From: the human T2T-CHM13v2.0 reference genome, Homo sapiens
NCBI RefSeq assembly: GCF_009914755.1
Contig: NC_060932.1
DNA length: 64,000 nt
Reading direction: 5' to 3' (one strand)
Position numbers and translations under genes: made by a program. Below are positions 26,270 to 39,250 of the stretch, one piece after another. A model generated the notes under the pieces. The model saw only the letters and a program-made list of their open reading frames with translations, was not told the DNA's origin and ran no database searches. Each line of letters starts with the position of its first letter. Position 1 is the first letter of the stretch.

Positions 26270-29200
26270 AATACACACAAGATATACATTTATGTATTTG
26301 TAACATATATAAATATATAGTTATTATTTTTAATATATAGTTTTTACATTGCTGAATTTATCTTTTCTGTCATGTGTTCTAGCTGTTTTTATTCAGAGGT
26401 GACAAAAAATTTTTTATGATAGTTTCTTTCTTGTTCATTTATCGTTTTACTTATTTATTTTTAGTTTGTGATCCATTTAAACTTTATCCTGTTTTAATGT
26501 GTGAGGGACAGATCCAACTTATTTTTTTGGATCAGAACTTCTAGTTATCCCAACCCTATTTATTGAATAATCCATCTTTATACAAGAAATTTTTCAATAA
26601 TATGAATTCCCAGGAGCCACCCTTAAATATTATTTAGTAAATATTGTTAACATACCAAAAGGAAGTCCCAGTCTATTTAGAGGTACAGCCATGTTTATGA
26701 ATCACAGCAAGAAGGTTCATCTGGAAGTGAAGGTGAGAGTATGCTTTTTAATGAATGTTATCCAAATGACTGGCTGGAAGCTTACTCTTAATTTGGGGAG
26801 AAGACAGCTGCTTTCCAGAAATGGTTTGGTAATATATTTGCCTGGATTGATTTTTATTGATAAGATATGATATCAGCAAACTTACATGCTTCCTGATCTC
26901 CCCTCAAACAGTTCTTTGGGCTTTACATAGGAGATATGAGTAGGTTTACCTTTTTATTTAAGCATATTGTTTTGCATGTTGGGTTATATTTTTCTCCTCT
27001 GAAAAACAAAAATGTCCTTCTTTCAGGGAAAAATACAGTTTACCAGACTCTGTTTCCTAGGAAATTGGAAAAGGTCTACACTTATGAGATCATGCTTGAG
27101 TTCAACCATGAATACAATTAAATGAATGAACCCTGTGGCATTTTGATTATCTCGTGCTGTCCCTTAGTATCCCTTACTGGCAGCAAAAGGAAGAACAAGT
27201 ATTGTCTGAGTTAGGACCAGTTTCTGGGTAGGCAGAGTTGGAGATTTGAGAAGACTCACTGACACACAAGATTGCTTTCTCACTAGCTTGCCAGAGAGCC
27301 CAAACATTCATCCTTAGACAATTCTTTTTTATATTGGGTATCGCAATAAATTTATATTAATGAAAAACAGGAGTTTATCCACTTGCTTACTAGGAGGCGT
27401 TCTAGTTGAGTATTAATATCATCAGTTAACAGCAAGTTACTTCTCAATTCTAACTTCACATCAGAATGCTTGGGAAGTTTTTAAAAATACTGATGCTTAG
27501 ACTCCTTCCATGAATTCAAACCACTCAAAGTCAGGACCTCTGATCTCAAGTCCAGGGATTTCTCCTCTTTATTATGAACTCATTTGAAATAGCAAACTGG
27601 ACAAAAGAAAGTGTGGACGGGAAGGAGGTGAGGGAAAAGGTCTGATTTTAAGGCATGAAAATAGTACTAGAGACTCAGGGGGTTCCAAGAGATGGCCGAA
27701 GGTGCTAAACAGGGCAGGGAAAGGTTACTGAAGATAGATCTCACATTGAAATACATTTATTTTCTGTATCTAGAAGGGCAAGTAGAACATTGCTACATCT
27801 TGTGTGGCTCAGATAATTGCTCCTTTTCCAGGGGAAAAGTGTAGACTTTTCAGAGGAAAATGCTGATGTTCTCTCTGCTTTTTTCTTTTAAATGATGTGC
27901 TTCTTTAAGGCCTTGACCTTTCCCCACATATAGGCCTGTAAATACTGAGAGGCTTTTTAATGCCATAGTTCTAAGGACTTGTTTGGGTTTTCGGCAGGGC
28001 CAGTGCCTCCCATTTCCTTCAGGAAAAATAATGAAATCTTGCTAATTCATAATTCGCAGGCTAGAATATTTTCTAAGATTTCAGATGCTATAAACAAAGG
28101 CTTAGCTTGGCTTTCCAGCTTACATTTATAAGGAAGTCTCTAAAGCGTTTGCAAACACTACTTGGGCCTAAGAAACAGTTTAAATCGTGTCATTCCTGGC
28201 AGGTCATTGCCTTGCTCTGAGGATAAATTCGATGCTGTGTGCTGAGTAAACATTTATATCACACAATCATAAGCATTTAACGAAGCTGTTTTTGATTTTA
28301 AATGCTGGCTACTTATTAGATATGTACCTCATTAGATATGTAACTCATGCTGAGACGCATATTCAGAGTTGAGCTTGAGCTGAACTTCTGGACTAAGCCC
28401 TTAGCTTCCCTTTGTGCAGAGCTGGGGGAAGCTGTAGTGGAAGCCCAGGCAGGCTTCTGCAGGCATGGAGGTAGTGACTTACCTTGGCCTGGGATAAGGC
28501 TGGAGCAGTTTCTCTCTCCCAATCCTCTCCTACATTTTCCTAAAGCTACACCACCTCCAATTTTTGTTTTTTCTACTTCTGTTTTCACAGGTACCTGAGT
28601 CAGTACTGTGAGGCTTCAGCAGTGACTGTCTTCAAAAGCTAGTGTTGGCAGGGTTCGGTGGCAACGGGGGTGGGGGGAATGTTTTTCTTCTTGTTGTTGC
28701 CCTATTAACAGTTCCATATCCTTAGCCTACCATAAAAATTGAGGGACCTTATCAAACTTATGAAATGCTGGAAATGATGCATCACAGCATCTAGGACTGA
28801 TTGATACTGCTTGGGTCTGTCATTTTTCACTTTGTTCCAATGTAAACACCATTTGTAGAGGTGGCAAAATGCAGCCCCTTAACAGAATTATGTGTTAAAG
28901 AATAGAATAGTAAACATGGGAGTAAATTCATTTAAAAACAAAAACATTCACATTTGAGAAAATTTTTATAAGGTTCATCTTTAATAATCTTTTCTCTATT
29001 CATGATTGCTTTTTGCAGTTAGTGTTTAAAGTTAGTATACATATGTCTCTCATTCAATTGTGAAATATGAAGGTAATTTTGTTAAGTTTTTGTATCTCCA
29101 GTCTCAAATGTGCAGCTTGACAGATAAAAAGTGCTCAACAATTGTCTAGTCAAAGAGTAAGTGTAAGGCGGAACTGGCAGGCATTTTAATGTTTTGGATT

Positions 29201-29329
29201 CTGAAGGCTGAATTTTGGACACAACTACAAGCCCCTCGATGCTCCCTGTACGATGGTTGAAAAAGTTGACACAGTGCCTGGCAGGGATAAGCTACTCAAT
29301 TACTTCTAACTATTCACACGATAATTTCT

Positions 29330-29560
29330 CGGTTGCATACCATGTGCAGGCATTTGGCCCAGGCACCTTCTGTGCTTTATTTCATTGAGTCATATCAACA
29401 GCTATGAGTCTGTAAAGTGGGTCTTTTCCTTGTTTCCTTGGACGTTAAACTGAGACCTAAAGAAACACAATCTAATGGACACACAGTTGTTAAGGGGCAA
29501 AACCAGAATTCAGTGTGTGAACATAGGAGTTGAGGAGAACTCCTGCTTGGTTCTTTTGCA
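29330..29560 (-). mobile_element. MIR SINE (diverged)
   Basis: taccatgtgcaggca...tttcattgagtc...aaactgagacctaaaga...acacagttgttaaggggcaaaaccagaattca. Confidence 0.55.
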
Positions 29561-30947
29561 TTCTCCAGTTTCTAAAAGCCTCCAAAGCCTTTTGTCCCTG
29601 AAGGCCAGAGAAAGGAAAGAGAAGGATGGGGCGGGATGGGTGAGGGGTTCTCAATGGCCTCTGATTAATTTTAGTCCCTGTGCTTACCAGTTGCACTTCT
29701 CATTGTCTTTCCCTAGCTGGTTGTCAGTGACTTTCAAAATATAACTTAACGGGAACATTTGAGAAATTACTTGGAGAGAGATAATCTATAGAATGTGATG
29801 TAATTATTGCTCACTGCAGGGCTGCCCCGAGGAGTGACAAGGGTGTGTATTGAGGCAGCTTGTGAAGAGGACTTGAACGCTGTACCAGCTGCATATCCCT
29901 GGCTTCCTCCCAAGAGCTCCTGATGGGATATTCTCCATGATTTCTAAGACCACCTGGAGTTATTAGTCCCTTGAGGACCCCCATAAGATGCTTTATTATC
30001 CTTTCGTTTGCTCCCCAGGTGCTTTAACTCAGATCCTCATTCATTGTGAGATTGGAAAAACATGCACGTGCAGGTCTTGTCTTAGGTAGCAATAAAATGC
30101 TATTACTAGGTCCCCAAATGTAAATGACACAGGCAACTATTTCATAACATCAATAAATCTAATGTCTGTGTAATCCGAAACCAGAGATCCGAACTTTACC
30201 TTTGGGCTAACTCAAAATCTGTATCATTGCAGTCATTAGAAACCAGTTTTTATTCCTTGTCTTATTGAAGAGACTGCTGTTGATAGTTTCTAATTTTTAA
30301 ATAATGAGTTTTTCTTTTTAGATATAAGCCATGAGACAACTTTAAAAGTTTGTTTCTGAGGAGGTAAGAGTTGAATTTAAAACAACAAATGAAGCCTTTG
30401 CATCACTAGCATTCTTTTCCATGTGTATTATCCAACACTGCAATGTTAGAAATATTTTTGAAAGTGTTTTTGTAAAAAAATGTATTTCTAAAAAAAGAGC
30501 ATCAGTGAGAAAGAAATGAATTTATGTAAAAAGCTTTTCAAATAAAAGTGTAAAAATTTTCACTTAGGGCACACAAATAAAATAATTGTCTGAGAATATG
30601 GTCATTTTCAGTAATATGACACTAACAATTTCTAACTGTATCTCTATGTAGGGTTTAAATTTTTTTATGAACACGAATTCATTATAGAACAAATTACTGC
30701 ATTTAAGAGAAACATCAAAAGCTGACTATTTATTTACTTTTACCAGTTATTCTTCCTCCGTGGAAATTATGCTTCTGAATATAGTGAATAAAACCAGAGG
30801 TGATTACATTGATTTTGACTTAGTGCTATTTTCAACATAATAATATTTCTTATGGGATAGAGAGCATAAAAGGGAAGGCAAAGGGAAGAAAATCACCTTT
30901 GCATTTCCACTGTGTCAGCAGGTCATGCATTTGATGTGTTACGTCAT

Positions 30948-31134
<187 letters not shown>

Positions 31135-33914
31135 TTTGAAGTATAGAGGGGAATCACAAAAATTCTAAATGGTAGTAAGTATTAAGTCCAAAATAGTATA
31201 AATAAAATTGAAATTTAGGATAGGGTTTGATAATAGTTTGTATGTTTTAACTAAAAGTTAAAATTTAAGATGTATAAATATAATAATTTCCATACAACAT
31301 AAAGTATTGGCAACCACATAAAGACTAGGGGTAAGTTTCAGGAAAAAAAAATTAGAAAATACCCAAATTAAGCTCCATTTGAATTGTAAGATCAATGATA
31401 TTTTGGTTAAAATGCAGATGCTTTTAGTCATCTTTTGGGTCCCTTCCCAAATCTGTTGAAAGCAATGGAAATTTCCTACCAAAAATATCACATTTTTGCA
31501 TTAAACATTTTTGGAGTTTTACAGGTTCCCTAAATTCATTAATTCCAGACTTCTTTCATCCTTCTTTTGGGGTTCATGAGGTCAACGTGGAAAATGTCTT
31601 TAAGTGTTAACACAGATCTCATTCTTTAAAATATTGCTTGGATGGTTGGACTTTGTTCTTTAGAATTTTGCAAGGCCTGCAAATGTAAACAAATCTTTCA
31701 TTAGTAGCCTAACTAGAGCAACGTCCATTTTTGAGGAAATATACAACTAGGGGAAAAGAAAGCTATGGAGTTGCAGATTGGAACAGGGCTATAATAAAAG
31801 GTCATACTTATATAGTGCTTAAGGATGGTTTCAGTGTATTACAGAATTTTACTTGTTAACCATCACAACCTCACCTTAGGGGAAGTTTTGAGAGGGGTGA
31901 TAAACTGTCTATCCTTGGCTTTACATCTTGAGGTGGGTTGGAATGGGGCCCTTAGCTGTGGAGCCAAGAAAATGTTATAAGAAAGCTAAAAATTTCATTG
32001 CCTGAAATTTTAACGTATTTGGATGTTTAGCTATACACCTGACTAACTAATCAAATTTATTAGATTTCTATGAGGTGTAAGGCATTGAGTGACATAAAGG
32101 TAAACCAACTTGTGGACCAGGTGGTGACTGTTTTTTATTTTTGCTTTTTGGCAGCATCCATATGCTCCTCTATTTTTGAGTAATAAGCACTGGAATTGCA
32201 TTATTAAAATTTAAAATTACAGAAAATTTCAATAGGACATTAACAGTTTTTTTAAGGTGAATTTCTGGATTATGTCCCTCAGTGGAAAAAAATATGTTTT
32301 CAACATATATATTTGTAGACTCATGTCAGGAACCTGAAAGTCAAGTCTTCACTTCAGCATTGGGAAGTATATGAAACTGTTTTCGGACCACACAACTCTG
32401 TGAGCTCATCGCTAAGAATTGGTATGCAAGGTCTTCAGAAGGGTAGGCAATTTGTAAACTCCTTTTGACTTAGCTGGTAAGACAGAAAGTTCTTTTTTCA
32501 TGGCTAAATGATACTTGAGAAAAGAAAAAATGTGGTGAAGCTGAATGTATCTAGTTGAAATAAAAATGCCTACCTTTCTCCTGCATAGGCAAAATATACT
32601 ACTTACAAGAAAAAAAGGAATTTATGAATAGAAATAGAATCAGGTCACAGTGCATTTCCTAATTCTCCACTGGATTTTATTACTCAAGCACTGTATTTTT
32701 ACCTTTTATCATAGCTGTCATTCGTCCTTGTACTTTAGATAGCAGCTTATCAACCCTTGTTATATCCTTACCTTCTTTAGGGTGATGATCTTATCTTTAT
32801 TTTTGACCACACTTCCTGTGCCTGCCCCTTTTCTTACATCAATTTCTGTTCCACTTGGGATTTTGTACTCACAGATGTGACATGAATATTTATGAGATTA
32901 AAGTGAATGGTCCAACATCAATTCAGAAAAATTTTGATCCATTCGTCCAAATTATTTAAAATATTCCCTTTCTAATTGAGGCAGCAAGGCCTCTAGCTTA
33001 GTGCTCATTTTCCCTCTCTAAGCATATTCATGCCATTAGGGTATTAATTTCTTCTAAACTAAAGCTCTTATCTCCTCATAATTCATTATGTCTGTTTTTG
33101 ATTCGCACTATCATTGTGGTCTCTCAACTTACTCCCGTTAACACAGTCATTTTGGTGGCTTTTATAATACCTCCTCTGTTGTTCTTCAAATTTTGCCTAA
33201 ATAGGCAATAACTTAAATGAAAAAGTGTTCATGAGTGAGCCAGTGAGCTCAGAAATTTGGAACCTTTTTGCCATGGAGGGTGATGGTGAGCTTAGTGATA
33301 ACAAGAATTTCCCAATTATGGCATCTACCTTTCTAATCATCTCTCCTTCCATGTGATACTGTTTTTATATAGTTTGTTTTGCCTGCCTCCCTCCCTTCCC
33401 ATCTCTCTTCTTTCCTCCCTTCCTTCTCTCCTTTCCTTCCACTCTTCTTTCCTTTATGGGAAAAACCATTCTAAATCCTTCAAATTGTGGTTTGAGTTTA
33501 CAGTCTTTTATTGAAATTACATGTTGGTATGCTAGGAGTATATGAAAGCTTTTTTTCCAATTTGCAAAGAATGTTTATATGATTTTATTATTTTTATATG
33601 ATTTTTGTATTAAAATCATCCCAGATATCCCCAAAATAGAATGCAAAGTTTACATTTTAAATTTACTTTGAAATTTTAAATAAATTTTCTTCTAAGTTGT
33701 CTTTGGATTACATATCCAGACAGATTGGAGGCATCAAAATACTTCCCACTCCTTTTTCAATGTTGTTAGGGATATTGCTATGACATTTTTGAGAAGTATT
33801 CGAAACAACTCTATTAAGATAAGCTCCTTTTCTTTATTGTCTTCATCTTATATCTCTGGCTGTCAATGAAATTCTATCATTTCCCACTCAAAGCCCAATT
33901 GATCTCTGGAAGGA

Positions 33915-34110
33915 GGTGGGGTGTGCCCTTGTATGAGCTCTTAAGAATTTATTTAGCATTTTTTTCTAGCTCTTCCATCAGTGAAATCAAGATGGTAGCT
34001 GAAATTTACCACGGTGGAGGATATTTACATCACAGAAATTGGCAAAGGCTACAAATAAGTTTAATTTTTTTTTTTTTAGAACTCGTTAAGTATGTACCAG
34101 CACACCCTGT
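33915..34110. mobile_element. MER63-like hAT-Blackjack MITE
   Basis: atatttacatcacagaaattggcaaaggctacaaat and terminal taccagcacaccctg. Confidence 0.65.
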
Positions 34111-34324
34111 AAGGTTGATTGATGCTTGATCTAGGTGTCTTCCGTATGCTTTGTGTGTTACTCCTGTGGCTTTACCAGCTATTATGCATTAGTCTCTGGG
34201 GATAAGGGAAGTAATAAACCTTTGTCCCAGGTCTCATAAATAGCTTGGTTATTAATCAAATGATCATTTGGTCTGGCTTCCTTTGTTCGGTCCTATGCTT
34301 GTAAGTATGGATGTGTTAGCTCTA

Positions 34325-34465
34325 GACAGAACCATAGATAAGGGAGCTAAAGCCCAGAGTGATTAATGACTTACAAGGTCACAATTCTAGTTAGAGGGAA
34401 AGATGCTGGGACAAGAATCTGGGTTTTCTGAGTCCCAGGTAGGTTTTGTTGCTGTTATACAACTC
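34325..34465 (-). mobile_element. MIR SINE
   Basis: gcccagagtgattaatgacttacaaggtcacaa...gctgggacaagaatctggg. Confidence 0.65.
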
Positions 34466-35467
34466 TCTAATAATTTTCAAAAAATCCTAAATCATAAATA
34501 TTCCATTGTAATAAGCTTCAGAAAGCATTGCAAGCCACAGATTTAGCTCTAATACTATTAATCTTTGCTTTTTTTCTAATCTAAAAACTAGGATACATTA
34601 AGAAAAGTAGAAAATGTAAAAATATTGGTAAAAAACCAAAACTCCTAACAAATTAATATATATATGTTAAGAGAGACATACGTTTAAACAATTTACTATC
34701 ATCTGTCAACTTTTAAAGGAATGCCTGGATGTAGCTCTTATGACTTTCAATCGAAGTGACACAATTTTTCCAGTAATTTTAACTGTTTCTCCCAGCTTGC
34801 TTGTTAAAGAAATCTGTAACATCTTTAGCAAGAAACAGAAAGACAGAGGGCAGCATGGGACCAGAGTGCAGCTGTCCTTCAGAAGAACCTGACTGTACAA
34901 CTTGCACATCTGAAGAGGTAGCCAAGAAAATAGAGAAAAGAATGGGAAGTGGATCTACCCACATCCTCTCCCATCCCCTCCAGAAAGAAATGCAGCATCT
35001 CTTTCTCATTGTTTAAGAAGAAAAGGGGGATCTCGGAGACAAAGCCAATGAAGAATAAATGAGTGCTCTGCCAGTTCAAAGTCAATGTGAAGATTGGATG
35101 GGGAAGCGTGCGGAGCTCAGAAGGTATTATTTTTAGAGGGTGCAAACAAGAGAACTTGCCTGGCAGAAGGGTTTGTGCAGGCTCTTCCAGCCCCAGTAAT
35201 TGGATAGGTTTGGCAGACTGAAAGAGGGGCTCGTGGTTCCTGATGAATGCTCCACTTGTGCCCGGGTGTGATTTAGCGTGCTGCTGAATAAACACAACAC
35301 AGGGAAGGGAAGGTGAAAACTACCAGTCTCAGCAGAAAGAGAGAGGCTATAAATATGCCAGGGGGTCAATAGGAGTGATTTCATTCTGCCTGCACAGGAC
35401 TGCTGATGAGGTCTGACGGGGCAGCGCCACTTCATTAATGCATCACAATGGTGAAGAGCACCTGAAG

Positions 35468-35491
35468 CAGCAGCAGCAGCAGCAGCAGCAG
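35468..35491. repeat. (CAG)8/(CTG)8 trinucleotide repeat
   Basis: Eight uninterrupted CAG units. Confidence 0.98.
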
Positions 35492-37974
35492 TCACCTACC
35501 TAGGCTGCAGCTATCAGCAAGGCCAGCCCAGAGAAAGAAAGGCAACAATAGACCAACAAAGATGCCATAGGCCACGCCTTCCTGCTTTATCCTCCTCCTG
35601 TATCCCTTCATTCTTCTTCTCCTCTTTCCTCCCCTCCCAAACTCCTTCCTTCCCTCATTCCTCCACTTTCATCTCTTTGCTATTTCTAGAAAGAATCTTT
35701 TGTCTTGCTAGGCAGAGCATTTATAACAAAGGAAAGACAGGAGGTGTAGATGATGAAGCAGAGTAGAGCACTTTTAACTGCAAGAGTGTTAGGATATGAA
35801 CACTGCTGTTAGGATAGAAAAGAGAAAATCCTCAGAGTATGTATGCTGGATTGTTTAGAGGGGAAAAGTCTTTCTATGGAAATCACCTATAAAACAGTTC
35901 AGAAATGGAAATAAAGCTATTTTGCTGCAAGTAGCTTTTTATTTTTTCTTCCAGAAATAACACACAAATGTCCCCAGGCACTTTTCACTTAGCCCACTGT
36001 TCATGGCTCCTTTCCCAGACTCAGGTGCTTCTCTTTTCCCATTGCTCCCAGACATCCATTTGCCCATTGACATTCTACCTCCATTGCCAAGGCCAGAGAA
36101 CATAACGCGTGCTCACTCTTCCACTTAGCTCCTTTAGGCTCTGTCCTTGTCTGGCTGAGTCTGACAAATGGACGGGCAGCCCTGCCACCCTGATTGCTCG
36201 GTCATCTGAACCACAGTTTCTGATTTCTGCATGATGGATCTGGCTGTGGCTGGTCCAGAGAATTGGAAAGAAAAAATAATTATAAAATAAATTTAATAGT
36301 TCTCCTTGGCATCTTTCTCTTTTTCTATATTCAGTTAGTGCAGCACTATAGCTATTTACTTCCCCTTTGCAATTTTTGGGAAAGTGAGGAGGTCAAGAAA
36401 GAGTTGTAAGGCAAACTGTTGTATATTTCACTGCATGGTCTGCCTTTCATAGTTACAATTATGTCAAGACTATACATCACTATGAATAATGTATTATGAA
36501 CAAGTATAATAATATTTGTTAGACACAACCATTTCTAGCAATTATTTTGTAAGTAGAAGAAGATAAGCAGATATACAAGTAGTGCCCGTATTGCTTAAAG
36601 CAAGGTTTGTTTCCGGATGTCAAAACTTCTAGGCTATAAGATGCTCATTTTTTTTGGCCCACTGACTTGTAGCATGTTTCTAAGTTTCATAAGCTTAATA
36701 TAGCCCTAATAATTTTTATGTATTTTTGGTGTATGTTTACATACAATAATACTAGTTAAGACTAAAACTTTAAGAGCACTATTTAAAATCATACATTCAT
36801 GTTGGATTTCATGAGTCCAGGCCTGAATACTGCCTCAACTAATGTTGAATTGATTTTGAACAAAGAACAAGAATTTTGTAACTTGAAGTGTTTTTGTTTT
36901 GTTTTGTTTTGGTATCTGAACAAACTATTCAGAAAAATACCCATTAATAAGGAAGTACTTAGAATGGTTTGGCTTGAATTTTGTTTAGTTTTGTCTTGCC
37001 TAAATCTGCTTCTAGATTGTGGACTCTCCATGGGAAGTGTCAATGTTACTTGTTTTTATATCCTCCGGTAGGTCTTGCTTGATGTTTGTGTATAATAGGG
37101 TATAGAATAATTTTTAGTTAGGTAAAATCTTGATTATATTTTAAGAATTTCAACTTCAGTGAAAACAATATTTAGGTGTATGTGGAGTGGAGAGGGAGGG
37201 CAGGCAGGGAAACTCCTAAAAGTATACTTAACTTGATAATAAATATCATTCTAGATTTCTACCAATAGTTCTTTTTATTTTTATTTAAGATGGAAATGTA
37301 AGAAATCACAGATGCAAAATCAAGCTAAGAAATGAAAAGATTCCTTAAGAAAAAACAAATGAACAAGGATACTCATCATGTAAATAATGAATAAATGAGC
37401 ATTTTCCAGTGTATGAGTGATAAGTGATGAAACAGTAGCTGGAATTTCTACTTTACAAATACAAAATGAGCAAAAGGAAATATAATTGATAATTGTCTTT
37501 GTCTTATAAGCTTTGGAAATGACACATATCCCACCCTCCCCCACAGCATTTTTTTTTTCCAGAGCAAGAGAAAATCCAGTGACTGAAAAAGAATAAGAAG
37601 AAAAACACTGACCAAGGCAATAATTCCAAGAAGTCAAAAATTAAGGCCTGAGAGGAAGAAGGCAGACTAAAGAAAGTAGGTAAGACAGTGACCTGAACGA
37701 AAGTGCTGGCTCCATGCTCTGTGACGTTGGGCGTCCTCACTGACCTCGGAAGCATGGTCTTGGTGACACTGGTCAGGTGCATGAAGTGTTAGAAAATTTT
37801 ATTAAAGATTCCATGGTTGCATCTCTGCCTTCATGCCTGGATAGTTTTTTCTCCTCCTTCTTTCACTCCCAGTCCATAACTTGCCAATCCATTTCTATAA
37901 CCTCTTTAAATATAAATAAAGTCTGACCATTGTGAATAGACCCACTTTTTATATAATGAAGAGGAAGTTAGGGA

Positions 37975-39250
37975 TATGCTGAGTTTTTGTTTCATTGTTG
38001 TTAGTAATTTAAGATATCCCTTGGTGTTTTCTCCATGTTTCTTGCTGGTTTCATTGCAACTAAGTATTTCCTCTGTCCCCTACTCTCTTTCCTCTCCTTT
38101 GAGAACTCCAATTTCATTAGGCCTATCCCACCCCTCCAGTGGGCCATCTGAAGGTGTTTCAGACCTCACTGGTGCTCTACTCATATTCGTTCAAATCTGC
38201 TCTTAATCTCATCAAGTATATTTTTCATCTCAGACATCGTAGTTTTCACCTCCAGGTGTTGGATATGGGGTTTTTTTTGTACCTCTTCCATGCCTTTATT
38301 CCTCTAGCTTTTGGAACATATGGAATAGAGTTATAATAACTGATTTCATGTCCTTGTCTACTAATTCTCTAACATATGTCAGTTCTTGGTCTCTTTGATT
38401 TGTTGATTTTTCTCCTCATTATCAATTGTATTTTCTAGCTTTTTTTCATGCCTGATAATTTTTGACAGGGTGTGAATTTTATCTTATTGGGTCCTGAGTA
38501 GGTTTTTCGTCCCACAGATCTTCTTGAGCTTTGTTCTGGGATGCCTTTAAGTTATTTAAAACTGGGTGGGATCCTTTCAAGTATTGCTTTTAAGCTTTGT
38601 TAGGTGAGTCTAGAACTGCAATTAATCTAGCATTAATTTCGCCCTGTTTGTGAGGCAAGACCCTTCAGGGTGCTTTATCTAATGCTCTGTGAATCATGAG
38701 GATTTCCAGTCTGACTGGGGGAAGTGGGGGTAGGGTGGGTGGGAAGGCACCATTCTTGACCCTGTGTAAGCTCTGGGTAATTTTCCCTCTAATCCTCTCA
38801 GATGGTTCTATCTCTGGCCTAGCATACTTTCCTCACATACATGAGCTGATCAGTGCTTTGCTGAATACTCAGGGGAGCCCCTCTGCAGATCACTGGAGTT
38901 CTCTCTCTGTATAACTCTCTCCTCTCCAGTACTCTGTTCTTCAAACTTCAAACTTATTCCCTTGACTCTCACCTTCAACTGTTTACCTCAGAGAGACACT
39001 GGGTTCTGCCTGACTCCCCTTCTCTTCTCCATACCTGGAAGCCTCTCTTGAGGAAGAATCTTGAACAGTGATGGGTTTTTTATTTGCTTTCTGCCCTTCA
39101 GGGATTCCTAGCCTTTATGACTCGATATCCAGTGTCTTCAAAACTGTTGTTTCATACATTTCCTCCAGTATTTTTGTTGTTCTGGCCAGGAAGCCTTTCA
39201 GGTAAAACCAGTCTTTGCTACTCCTTCTTGGCCAGAATGACAAGTCCTTA
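37975..39250 (-). mobile_element. Old L1M (L1MD/L1M4-like) 5' region fragment
   Basis: ttcttgagctttgttctgggatgc, gaggcaagacccttc, tgctgaatactcaggggagcccctctgcagatc are typical antisense old L1 5' motifs. Confidence 0.6.

Noticed and set aside
35404-35440. CTGATGA (hammerhead core / snoRNA box C) followed by CTGA
   Set aside because: No GAAA or stems II/III for a hammerhead. The C and D boxes are only 3 nt apart with no terminal stem.
35133-35495. 120-aa minus-strand poly-Ala ORF
   Set aside because: GTG start, with poly-Ala simply from the CTG repeat. The remainder looks random.
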